64,000 nt of DNA from NCBI GenBank assembly GCA_016839555.1, contig JAEOUA010000005.1, forward strand, positions 96,595 to 160,594, in the 5' to 3' direction. Position 1 is the first letter of the stretch; the number at the start of each line of letters is the position of its first letter. Shown piece by piece: positions 21,651 to 31,566 of this stretch. Below the pieces are notes generated by a model that did not search any database, was not told the origin of the DNA, and was given only the letters and a program-made list of their open reading frames with translations. Position numbers and translations under genes: made by a program. The stretch is from Promethearchaeota archaeon (GTDB lineage: Archaea; Asgardarchaeota; Lokiarchaeia; Sigyniarchaeales; SOKP01).

Positions 21651-22547
21651 GTGATTAGTAAAGGTATGAAAAGGGTTATAAAAATGTTAAGTAAGATGCA
21701 AAAAGAAGATATAAACAAAAGAATTGGAGAATCACGCGAAAGGTTAGAAAAATTAAGAGAATTAGTGAAATTACCTGATGACGTTAATATTGAAAATATC
21801 AATATAGAGGATATCCCCGCAGTGTGGCTAAGCCTCCCAAATTCTAATCGTGAAAATGTTATTCTGTATTTTCATGGAGGCGGTTATATTTCAGGCTCAC
21901 TTAGAACACATGATGACTTAGTTATGCGAATTTGTCGTGCATCTAAAGCCCGAGCATTAATTATTAATTATCGGCTAGCTCCTGAACATCCATATCCTGC
22001 AGCGCTAGAAGACTCTGTTAAAGCTTATAAATGGTTAATAGAAACGGAAAAAATTGCTCCTCAGAAAATAATAATCGCAGGAGATTCAAATGGAGGAGGG
22101 CTTACCATATCAACTTTAATGAAAATAAGAGATTTAGGTATTAAACTTCCCGCAGCGGGCGTTTGTCTCTGTCCTCTGACGGACTCGGCTCTTACTGGAG
22201 AATCGATGAAAACTAAAGCTCAAGTTGATGTGTTTTTTACCTTTTATGATTATGCATTAAGTGTGGAGTCATATGTAGGTGAAGATGATCCCAAAAATCC
22301 TTATATATCTCCATTATACGGGGATCTAAGCGGTTTACCCCCTCTATTAATACAAGTGGCAACTGCCGATCGGATAATGGATGATGGTATTAGAATCGCA
22401 AAAAAGGCGGAAAAAGCAGGCGTAGAAGTTTCACTTCAGGTTTGGGATGATATGATACATGTTTTTCAAGCATTTGCAGTGTGGGCACCAGAATCACAAG
22501 AAGCAATAGAAGCTATCGGAGAATATATGTCTAAAAAATTTCTTTAA
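21651..22547 (+). CDS. HSL-family alpha/beta hydrolase (esterase/lipase)
   Basis: FHGGG, YRLAPEHPYPAA, GDSNGG nucleophile elbow, HVF. Confidence 0.9.
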   Translation: MISKGMKRVIKMLSKMQKEDINKRIGESRERLEKLRELVKLPDDVNIENINIEDIPAVWLSLPNSNRENVILYFHGGGYISGSLRTHDDLVMRICRASKARALIINYRLAPEHPYPAALEDSVKAYKWLIETEKIAPQKIIIAGDSNGGGLTISTLMKIRDLGIKLPAAGVCLCPLTDSALTGESMKTKAQVDVFFTFYDYALSVESYVGEDDPKNPYISPLYGDLSGLPPLLIQVATADRIMDDGIRIAKKAEKAGVEVSLQVWDDMIHVFQAFAVWAPESQEAIEAIGEYMSKKFL

Positions 22548-22868
22548 AGAATAGAATCATTGCTTCTAATTTTTCTTTAATACATCCATCTTTTTAGATG
22601 GTGGGAGTAGGAATTTGATCTTATGTTTTATACAAGGTATTAAAACAACACTAAAGTAATATACACAAATAAAAAACTAAGAAAATTTTAACAAGAATAA
22701 ACAAAAATATCATTTTTAGGCTAAAATCGAAACTTTTTTTTTGGATAAGGTAAGCCCGCCCCCCCCGTTAATTAATTAATATTAACAAAATCGTAATTTT
22801 AGACGAATATATCTATTTTTATAGTCTGCTGATTATATATGATTAAAAAATAACAAGATAAGTATAAA

Positions 22869-23057
22869 TTGAAAGAATTTAAAATAAACAAATTTCTCTC
22901 TTTAAGACGAAAAGATGATGAGACGCATATTTACGTCGCTGGGAAATGGTTTATGCAGTGCTCATTCGTGCCTCTTAATATCGAGAAACCAAATTTGGAA
23001 CGATATGCGGATGCGGAAAGCATCGATGAGATTATAGATAGATACAGCAGAACATGA
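22869..23057 (+). pseudogene. N-terminal fragment of a Lokiarchaeia-type LRR-associated protein
   Basis: KEFKINKFLSL...THIYVAGKWFMQC resembles the N-terminal module of lokiarchaeal LRR proteins (from recall); ends prematurely. Confidence 0.55.
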
Positions 23058-23884
23058 AAAAAGCAAAGATATTCCCTTATTGTCTTTCGGGGAAATATAC
23101 TTCTCTACTTCTTTTGTGAACTCTTGCAATTCTTTAGGACCATTCAATTTTTTTTAATCTCTTTTTATGTTATTTACTATAAATTAGGATATATAAAGGA
23201 AAAATTAAATTGTAATATAAATGATATGATAAGTTACTTTTTCTTTAAATATATTGGTATAGATATATGTTTAATAGACTAGGTGATGTATAATAGGTTC
23301 CCAATAAAAGGGAAAGTTTTATATAGCATCATGTCTATTTGTTTAAAAGACAAATCAATTTTTATCGAAATAAGAAAAATAAATTTTTATCTAAACTAAA
23401 AAAATTATTATAAAAACTATGAACTCATCTCATGAATCGAAGTTTGTTAAAAAATAGAATCCTTACTTAAATCCTTGGATTTTTGTCTTTTGGTGTTCTA
23501 CGATACGTATGTAGCGTAGAAATCTTCTTTAGTTCTCTTTGTAGTGTTTGGTTTTAAGTGGGGACCCCTATTTTTTTGCTTCTTCTTCCCATTTTTAATT
23601 ATAAGATTTCAAATTAAACCTATATATCTTTTTCTTTAAATAGAAAGATTAGTAATGCCCTATTTAAGATTTTCTTTCTAATTGAAAGAGGAATTCATTT
23701 TATTTGAATACATGTAAATTTGTCTTGAATAATGAAATGTATATAAAGTAATAAAGAATACTCTCTTAAAGATGGATTATGTTGAAACATCTATAAAATA
23801 ACTATTTTAAATATTAAAAATATATCTCAGAATCTTAGATATTCTTTATATTATTATTTAGACGATATATGGGGTGATGATGAT

Positions 23885-24107
23885 TTGAACTATAAAGATC
23901 ATTCAGTCTATCAATACGCAGATATAAATACTGCACTAGATGGATGTGGATATCGTAATGTGATATATGTGAAAGGTGAACATAATGGAAGTGTCTGGCA
24001 GGATTATAGCGTATCTGCGTCATCAAGCAGCCCTGGTCGAAGCTCCTATAAAAATCCCGTAACTAATGACGAATATATTGTCTTTGTTTCTTTTCCCATT
24101 GGATCAT
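23885..24107 (+). pseudogene. Probable gene fragment running into the convergent gene
   Basis: Ser/Tyr/Asn-rich open frame with no clear RBS; the ORF overlaps the opposite-strand CDS. Confidence 0.3.
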
Positions 24108-24662
24108 CTACATTTCAACAAAATCTAGCTCTCCCCTTCCTCGAAACCAATCTTCGCGATTTATCCAATTTCCTTGACCACCGGGTCTTACATAGATCTG
24201 CTTTCCTCTAAATTTAATATACTTAAAAGGACTATTTGGGTTTTCTCTTGCCACTATTTTTATTATTTTGGTGACAATTCCTATTAAAATTACGGAAAAT
24301 ACTATAGAGGCAATCACAATAGGAATCGGTGATTCAGTATATCTTGTAATTAATAAAGCCCCAATACCCAAGACCAAACCACAAATAACATTAAACACGA
24401 TAGAGCCATCAGAAAATGTTAATGTAGAATGTTTTTTAGTCCAATTCTTAAATTCTCTCTCGCACTCTGCACATACAGGAACATTTACTGATTTTTTTGT
24501 AATTTTGTAACCAGAAGCCCAAAACCACCAAAATAGAATAATCAAAATAAAATAAAAACTCCATTCTGATTCGATATGTTGGAAATAGGTTGAGGAAAGT
24601 CGACCACATTTTAGACATATAGGCGGTACAAAATCTTCTTGTTTAAAATTATAAAAACTCAT
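24108..24662 (-). CDS. Membrane protein with two CxxC (Zn-binding) motifs
   Basis: CLKC...VPVCAEC and 3 hydrophobic segments. Confidence 0.7.
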   Translation of the reverse strand: MSFYNFKQEDFVPPICLKCGRLSSTYFQHIESEWSFYFILIILFWWFWASGYKITKKSVNVPVCAECEREFKNWTKKHSTLTFSDGSIVFNVICGLVLGIGALLITRYTESPIPIVIASIVFSVILIGIVTKIIKIVARENPNSPFKYIKFRGKQIYVRPGGQGNWINREDWFRGRGELDFVEM

Positions 24663-24713
24663 CTTTTTTATTCCTGTCTTATTTATAATGATATTATAAA
24701 ATATAATGTTATT

Positions 24714-25040
24714 TTATTTAAATATACCTTTTTTTCTGTGCCCTCCAGAGCCAGTAAAAATTACAATTCTTAAATGATCCACGTCTGCATTTGGATCGGG
24801 AAAGGTTTTTAATGGCCACGATGAGCATAAGGGAATGGGTCCAGCATGAAGTAATAATTGATAAGTAGTATTTGCTGTTAAATTCTGTGCATCAAAGCGC
24901 CAAAAATATCCCCTAGTATCCATCTTTTCTCCATCGATTTCTTTCCCATCTATTCTTAATTGTGGATTAACTACGGGAATATCAAAGGAAGTCTTTATTA
25001 TGAAGCGATTATGACTCGCAGAAGGGAGAATATGGGTCAG
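24714..25040 (-). pseudogene. Internal fragment of an FN3/phosphatase-like protein
   Basis: Open frame LTHILPSASHNRFIIKTSF...FDAQNLTANTTYQL...KTFPDP...FTGSGGH; appears truncated at both ends. Confidence 0.5.
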
Positions 25041-25167
25041 GAATTATGAGATGCTGGTAAAATACGGCGAGGCGCTTACGGATGATAAAGTCATCCAATT
25101 GATACAGCAGTTAGAAAAGATTAATCCCCCTCCCGAAAAAAACCAGGTGAAAACCTTACGAATGTAA
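25039..25167 (+). pseudogene. 3' gene remnant
   Basis: Relatively GC-rich open frame RNYEMLVKYGEALTDDKVIQLIQQLEKINPPPEKNQVKTLRM* followed by a T-rich tract. Confidence 0.35.
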
Positions 25168-25313
25168 GCGTGTTTTGCCAGAATAAATCTTCTCTCCTTT
25201 TTTCTTTTTTATACCTTTTTATTTAAATAACACCCTCTAATATATTAGTATAGAATAGAAAAATAAAGGTAAAAATAAAATTAATTAATCCTACAAACAA
25301 ATTATTTTTTATA

Positions 25314-25757
25314 ATGTCGATAAAAGATCTTTTTGATGATATCAAAAGAGAGATGGATAGTTTAAAAATTTTACACGAGCTTTCTAAAGGAGATCCCATA
25401 CCTTGGTTAGAATTATTAAACTACTCTAACTTGACTCCTCAAGAATTAAATGAATATTTGATGAAATGGAAAAAAGGAGGATTTATTTCAGAGCCAACAG
25501 AACATTCCATCCAAAAAACTTCTACATTTCACATTTTACACGAAAAAAAGCTAAGATCATTCCGCAGATTGCTTTGGGAAGCGCCAGAATTTTTTGGGCT
25601 GAACGATACCAAGCGAAAATTTCTTAAACAAATATCGGAAAAATTACATTCAACCTCTTCAAATCTCCCACCGGATGTTATCCATAAAATTATGAGCAAA
25701 ATTGAAGATATACTAGAGGATTCTTTTATATTCGAAAAAAAGGATGAGCCTGAATAA
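25314..25757 (+). CDS. Hypothetical protein, possible winged helix-turn-helix
   Basis: LKILHEL...ELLNYSNLTPQELNEYLMKWKKGGFI pattern. Confidence 0.55.
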   Translation: MSIKDLFDDIKREMDSLKILHELSKGDPIPWLELLNYSNLTPQELNEYLMKWKKGGFISEPTEHSIQKTSTFHILHEKKLRSFRRLLWEAPEFFGLNDTKRKFLKQISEKLHSTSSNLPPDVIHKIMSKIEDILEDSFIFEKKDEPE

Positions 25758-26026
25758 TTTCCTATAAAAACGAAATTTTTGGAGTATTCGTTCTCCTAAC
25801 AAATCGCAAATCTTGTTCTGTTAATAGAATTGGTTTATCTTTATCTTTCAGACACCGACAATTATCAAGAATTACTAAAGTTTTGTAAGACTTCTAAAAA
25901 ATTCTATTATTAGTTCAATTTATTTTTTTTCTTTTACTTCTTAATTAATTTGAGAATATCTAAGAACATATCTTATAGCGATAAAATAAGATTAACTTTA
26001 TATATTATTTGATAGATTTATTTTCT

Positions 26027-27568
26027 ATGGAAAAGAATAATAATGTAATTGCTTCTTATCCCGTTATAGTAGTTGGATCTGGTCTTGGAGGAATTGGCGC
26101 AGCATGTCAATTAGTATTGCGAGGAGAGGAAGTATTATTACTTGAAAAACATAATGTTCCAGGAGGATTTGCTACTTCTTTTGTCAGAGGTCGATTTGAA
26201 TTTGAAGGTGCTCTTCATGAACTTAGTGATGTTGGAACGGAAGATAATAAAGGCAGCCTTTATCGTTTTCTAGAAAGATTAGGTATATTACCAGATAAAT
26301 TGAAGTTTAAGCATGTACCCGAATTTTATCGAAGTGTGTTTCTTGATGGATATGATGTTACTATGCCTTTAGGTGTAGAAGAATATACTGAAAAATTAAT
26401 AGAACTCTTTCCTGCAGAAAAGAAAGGAATAGAAGACTTTATGGAAATGTGTAAGGCTGTGCTTGAAGGGATAGAATATATTGCCTCAAAAGGAGGAAGA
26501 TTTAAGCCTCAAGAAGTTCTAAAAGAGCATCCGTGGCTGCCACGTGTTTCTGGTATAACCTTATCAGAGCTCTATGAAAAATTTTTTACTGATAAAAAAC
26601 TGATTGCATTAATTTCCCAACTCTGGGGATATATTGGGCTGCCTCCAGACAGAATAAATGCCTATGCATTTGTTGCTATGTTAATCTTTTATTTAAAGTG
26701 GGGTGCAGCATTTCCTATAGGGAGATCTCATGCATTAGTAAATGCCATGGTGGAGGCTTTTAAAAAATTCGGAGGAGAAATTCGTTATAATGCTTTAGTA
26801 AATAGAATACTCGTGGAAAATGGTAGAGTATATGGAGTAGAATTGCTTAATGGAGATATTTATAAATGTAAGGCGGTGATTTCTAATGTCAATCCAATAT
26901 GTACTGCTATGAAGATGTTACCACCAGAAGTTGTTCCAGATGAATATAAGAAAAAAATCTATGCTCCTGAGATTGGACCTTCAGGATTTTCGGTGTATAT
27001 TGGCTTAAACGCATCGTATCAAGATTTAGGGTTAAATGCTCATGAAACCTTTATAAATAATAATTATGATATGAATGCCGCTTTTGAAAACTTTCATAAG
27101 TTAGAGGCACCAAAATATATAGTTGCTGCATGTTATAATCACATTTATGAAGACATCAGTCCACTTGGAACCACTGAACTGGTCTTAACCACTCTTCAAA
27201 TGGGAAAACTCTGGCAAGATGTAGCTCCTGATCAATATTTTTATATTAAAGATAAAATTTCGGACAGTATGGTGTCTTTAGTGGAAAATACAATCTGTCC
27301 GGATGTCAGAGATTATATAGAAGTTGCTTTTGCTGCAACTCCATTAACCTATTATCGATATTCTAAAAATATTGAAGGTGCTATTTATGGAACCACCCAA
27401 GATGTAACTAATGGACCAATGCTTCGATTAAAAAGTCGAGGACCCTTACCCGGACTATATCAAGTAGGAGCCTGGACAAACTTCGGTGGGGGTTTCTCTA
27501 CCACAATATTAGGGGGAAGAATCGCCTCAGGTATGTATTTGAAAGACAAAATAGAGGGGAGATGGTAG
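26027..27568 (+). CDS. CrtI/phytoene dehydrogenase-like FAD oxidoreductase (COG1233 type)
   Basis: VVGSGLGG, EKHNVPGG, RFEFEGALH, ATPLTYYRY, GAIYG, GLYQVG. Confidence 0.85.
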   Translation: MEKNNNVIASYPVIVVGSGLGGIGAACQLVLRGEEVLLLEKHNVPGGFATSFVRGRFEFEGALHELSDVGTEDNKGSLYRFLERLGILPDKLKFKHVPEFYRSVFLDGYDVTMPLGVEEYTEKLIELFPAEKKGIEDFMEMCKAVLEGIEYIASKGGRFKPQEVLKEHPWLPRVSGITLSELYEKFFTDKKLIALISQLWGYIGLPPDRINAYAFVAMLIFYLKWGAAFPIGRSHALVNAMVEAFKKFGGEIRYNALVNRILVENGRVYGVELLNGDIYKCKAVISNVNPICTAMKMLPPEVVPDEYKKKIYAPEIGPSGFSVYIGLNASYQDLGLNAHETFINNNYDMNAAFENFHKLEAPKYIVAACYNHIYEDISPLGTTELVLTTLQMGKLWQDVAPDQYFYIKDKISDSMVSLVENTICPDVRDYIEVAFAATPLTYYRYSKNIEGAIYGTTQDVTNGPMLRLKSRGPLPGLYQVGAWTNFGGGFSTTILGGRIASGMYLKDKIEGRW

Positions 27569-28758
27569 CTATGATGGAAGATTTAAAAAAGTATCAAAAA
27601 GCTGAAAAATTAAAAAAACAACGTGAAGAAGCACAACAAATACCATGGTATTATGATGGGTTAGAGAGATTATGTGATCGAATTCACCCGGGAAAACAAC
27701 TGGTTAAAATAACCGATATTAAAGATCTCTCCTATGACACCAAATTATTTCGGTTTGTTTCCGTTAACCCAAATAAACCCCTCGCACCATTTCGTGCAGG
27801 GCAATATATAGGATTGACTGTAGAAATTAATGGAGTACGAACTTCACGCCCTTATTCCTTAGTATCCTCACCTAATCAGCTCGCTTATTATGAATTAGGT
27901 ATTAGAAAAAAGCAAGATGGATTTGTGACTCCATATTTCCTAGAAAATGCTAAAGTTGGAGACATTTTTGAAGTCACAGAACCTTTAGGAGATTTATATT
28001 ATAGTCCCCTATTTCATGGAAAAAATTTAGTATTTATTGCTGGGGGATGTGGGATAACACCATTTATATCAATGTTGCGAGATATTTCCGAAAAAGCCTT
28101 ATTTTTGAATGTATCCTTAATTTTTGGTTGCGTGAAAGAAAAAGATATCATCTTTAGAGATGAATTAGAAAATATAGCAGACAGAAGGTCAAATATTTCT
28201 GTAAAATATATTCTATCTGAACCAGATCCTGACTGGAAAGGGGAATGTGGGTTTATTACAGGGGATAAGATTCTAAATGAAATTGGATTAATCAAAGATA
28301 AATACTTCTATGTAGTTGGAAATCGTCCTATGTATCAATTCATGAAAGAAGAAATGCATAAATTAGGCGTACCTCAACATAAAGTGTATTATGAGGCGTT
28401 TGGTGTCCCAGACGATATCACTCAAGTAATGGGTTGGCCAGAAGAAATTGATAAATCCAAAAAAATCAAGATTTCAGTCAAATATAGGAAATTTGGGAAG
28501 CCAGAAACAATCGAATTTGACGCATTATGCATTGAACCACTTCTAAATAGCATAGAACGTACCAAAGAATTAGCTTTATCGATAGATAATGGATGCCGCT
28601 CGGGACAATGTGCATTATGTAGGACAAAAATAATATCTGGAAAAGTTTTTGTCCCGCCCGAAGTCACCATCCGAGAAACAGATAGAGATTATGGATTTAT
28701 CCATCCGTGCGTCTCTTACCCTTTAACTGATATCGAATTGGATTTAACTTTAACATAA
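27562..28758 (+). CDS. FNR-type FAD/NAD(P) reductase with C-terminal 2Fe-2S ferredoxin
   Basis: FRAGQY, RPYSL, IAGGCGITPF, GCRSGQCALC...PC; overlaps the upstream stop. Confidence 0.88.
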   Translation: MVAMMEDLKKYQKAEKLKKQREEAQQIPWYYDGLERLCDRIHPGKQLVKITDIKDLSYDTKLFRFVSVNPNKPLAPFRAGQYIGLTVEINGVRTSRPYSLVSSPNQLAYYELGIRKKQDGFVTPYFLENAKVGDIFEVTEPLGDLYYSPLFHGKNLVFIAGGCGITPFISMLRDISEKALFLNVSLIFGCVKEKDIIFRDELENIADRRSNISVKYILSEPDPDWKGECGFITGDKILNEIGLIKDKYFYVVGNRPMYQFMKEEMHKLGVPQHKVYYEAFGVPDDITQVMGWPEEIDKSKKIKISVKYRKFGKPETIEFDALCIEPLLNSIERTKELALSIDNGCRSGQCALCRTKIISGKVFVPPEVTIRETDRDYGFIHPCVSYPLTDIELDLTLT

Positions 28759-28836
28759 TTTTTTTAATAAAGACTTAAAAATATCAAACACTTATAAATT
28801 AAAGGAAATAATTAAATTATTTTGAAAGTGATTTAA

Positions 28837-29238
28837 ATGAAAATATTAACAAAAGAGTGGTTGGAAGCGTTTGGAAAGGCGATAAATGATAATCCTGCAT
28901 ATCGCGAATCCGCTGCTATGTGGGAAGGTGATATGCTATGTGTGATTGAACCTAGTGGGCCATTAGATCATGAAGTTCGATTCTTTATAGGATTATATCA
29001 TGGAGAATGTACCGGTGTTAAATTACTGAAAGAAGGTGAAGAAGTAGATACCGAATTTACACTTGCTGGGCCGTATGATAATTGGATAAAAGTTGTTAAT
29101 AAAGAATTGGACACGATCCAAGCTGTAATGTCAGGAAAGTTAAGGCTCACAGGGAATATGGCTAAATTGATGAGAGCTACAAGAGCCGCTCAAGAGATTG
29201 TAAATAGTCTCCAAAATGTTGAAACAGAATTTCTGTAA
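28837..29238 (+). CDS. SCP2 sterol-binding domain protein
   Basis: EWLEAFGKAIN...WEGD...AVMSGKLRLTGNMAKLMR. Confidence 0.88.
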   Translation: MKILTKEWLEAFGKAINDNPAYRESAAMWEGDMLCVIEPSGPLDHEVRFFIGLYHGECTGVKLLKEGEEVDTEFTLAGPYDNWIKVVNKELDTIQAVMSGKLRLTGNMAKLMRATRAAQEIVNSLQNVETEFL

Positions 29239-29314
29239 TTTTATTTTTTATATAATATATTTTCTTTTTAATTTATTCAACTTAGAAAAATAATTATTTT
29301 AAAGTGATATACAA

Positions 29315-30514
29315 ATGATGTATTTTAATAGTCCGAATATTGTATATGGAGAGGAAGCTTTAGATTTCCTCGACCAAATCGCAGGAAATAAATGTTTTAT
29401 CGTCACTGATAAAAATATTCAAGATTTAGGATATTTAAAGATTTTGACTGATAAATTAGAGAAATCGGGAAAATCATACAAAATATTCAATGAAGTCAAG
29501 CCTGATCCAAAAGAAGAGATCGTCTTAAAATCTAAAGAGTCATGTCTATCTTATGAGCCAGATTTAATTATAGCGTTAGGAGGAGGCTCTGTAATAGATA
29601 CTGCAAAAGGGACTTGGGCTATGTATGAATTTCCAGAATTTGGAATAGATGATTTACATATTTTTAACAATAAACTCTATGAATTAGGCAGAAAAGCTAA
29701 ACTAATTGTAATTCCCACTACCTCTGGAACGGGAGCGGATGCTACTTATGCCGCCATCATTTCAAGAGATAATAATGGAGTATGGCAAAAATTAATTCAA
29801 GCTCATAGAGGATTAGTACCTGTATTCTCTATATTAGATCCTATTTTTCCTTCAGGGATGCCTGCAAATTTAACCGTGAATACTGGCTTGGATGCTTTAT
29901 GCCATGCCATGGAATGCTTGATTGCTAATGGAAGAAATGAATTCAGTAATACTTTAGCTACCAAAGCAATCCAATTAGTGTTTAAATATTTACCAATTGC
30001 ATATAAAGATGGAAAGAATATGGAAGCGAGAAATTATCTCCATCAAGCAGCCACTATGGCAGGATTAGCATTCGGCAATGCCAATGTGCACATTGGACAT
30101 ACTACTGGACACTGCTTGGGTGCCGTTTTTGAAAAGACCCACGGGAGGACAGTGGCCGTGATGCTGAAGTATGTCACACAATTTTGCTTGAATAATCCTG
30201 ATAAAGATGATCCAACAACTAGAATTTATGCCAACCTCGCAAAACAACTCGGCTGGGCGAAATGGGAGGATAATGATAAAAAAGCTGCCGATATTGTTAT
30301 CAATAAATTAGAGGAATTGTATAAAATAGTAGGTTTTTCAGATACAATTCAAGATTTGGGCATTTCAAAAGAAGACTTAGAAAAAAACCTCAATACTTTA
30401 GTTACGTTATGTTTTCAAGATGCCAGTGGTTCAATGAGTCCCAGATTACCTTCCAAAGCAGATTTTGAAAATATCTATAGATATGCCTATGAAGGTAAAG
30501 ATATCGACTTTTAA
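29315..30514 (+). CDS. Iron-containing alcohol dehydrogenase
   Basis: GGGSVID, PTTSGTG, DALCHAME, HIGH, THG. Confidence 0.9.
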   Translation: MMYFNSPNIVYGEEALDFLDQIAGNKCFIVTDKNIQDLGYLKILTDKLEKSGKSYKIFNEVKPDPKEEIVLKSKESCLSYEPDLIIALGGGSVIDTAKGTWAMYEFPEFGIDDLHIFNNKLYELGRKAKLIVIPTTSGTGADATYAAIISRDNNGVWQKLIQAHRGLVPVFSILDPIFPSGMPANLTVNTGLDALCHAMECLIANGRNEFSNTLATKAIQLVFKYLPIAYKDGKNMEARNYLHQAATMAGLAFGNANVHIGHTTGHCLGAVFEKTHGRTVAVMLKYVTQFCLNNPDKDDPTTRIYANLAKQLGWAKWEDNDKKAADIVINKLEELYKIVGFSDTIQDLGISKEDLEKNLNTLVTLCFQDASGSMSPRLPSKADFENIYRYAYEGKDIDF

Positions 30515-30588
30515 TCATATATATTGTCTTTATTTAGAGAATTAGAAAAAGAAAATTAAAGAAATAATTATTTTTAAGCTTTAAGCTT

Positions 30589-31413
30589 TTATTTCCATTT
30601 CCATTTTGGTTTACTTTTTGTTAATCGCGCGAGAGCACCATTAATCGCATCTTTAGTTTGAAGCAATTGAGAACTGACAAGGGTCTCAAGTTCTAATCCA
30701 AGAGGAATATCTTTTCCGTAACAATCATCAATTAATTTTTTAGCAAGTCCTATTGCAAGAGGTCCTGACTCAATTAGTTCATCTGTATACATTTTAATAA
30801 TTGAATCTAATTCTACATGAGTTTTCGCAACTCTATTAACAACCCCCAATCTATATGCTTCATTTCCATTAAACTTACGTCCAGTTAATATTATATCTTT
30901 GGCGTTTTGAATCCCACAGATTCTCACAGTGCGAATGGTACCACCCACATCAGGATTAAGTCCTAATTTAGTTTCTAACATATAGAATTGAGCTGATTCT
31001 GTACAAAATCGAAAATCACAAGCTAAAGCCAGTTCAAAACCCATCCCGAAACAATATCCATTAATTTTAGCGATTACAGGCTTTTCCATCTTTTCAATTT
31101 GTGAAAATAATGGTTGTACTGTGGTATTCATATAGTATCGGAAGTTTCGAGGGATTCGTAAATCGGGAATTTTCCCTTCAGGATCTTTTTCTTGTCCTGT
31201 TAAAAAATTTAAATCTATTCCAGAACTAAAAAGCTCATCTCCTCCCGTAATAATCACAACTCTCGTATTTGTGCGTTCGACTTTATTTATCGCATTTTGA
31301 AGTGCTATCATTAAATCGTAATTTATTGCGTTTTTCTTTTCAGGCCGATTTAATTTAATAGTTGTAATGGTTTTATCTTCATTTTCTTCGATTAAAATAA
31401 GATCTTCAGCCAT
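30589..31413 (-). CDS. Enoyl-CoA hydratase/isomerase family protein
   Basis: LNRPEKKNA, FSSGIDL, GFELALACDFR, ETKLGLNPDVGG. Confidence 0.9.
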   Translation of the reverse strand: MAEDLILIEENEDKTITTIKLNRPEKKNAINYDLMIALQNAINKVERTNTRVVIITGGDELFSSGIDLNFLTGQEKDPEGKIPDLRIPRNFRYYMNTTVQPLFSQIEKMEKPVIAKINGYCFGMGFELALACDFRFCTESAQFYMLETKLGLNPDVGGTIRTVRICGIQNAKDIILTGRKFNGNEAYRLGVVNRVAKTHVELDSIIKMYTDELIESGPLAIGLAKKLIDDCYGKDIPLGLELETLVSSQLLQTKDAINGALARLTKSKPKWKWK

Positions 31414-31566
31414 TTTTACCTCAAATAAAAATTTAATTTTAATTATTTTTCAATTAAATAAGTTAAAAAAACTAAGAATAAAACTTTATATATTTTCAAA
31501 ATCCATATTAAATTACTTACTATACATTCTAATTAAAAATTAAAATACAAATAAAATTACTAATTG

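Noticed and set aside
22754-22767. Isolated GCCCGCCCCCCCCG tract in AT-rich DNA
   Set aside because: Single short occurrence with no partner repeat or structure; cannot be interpreted
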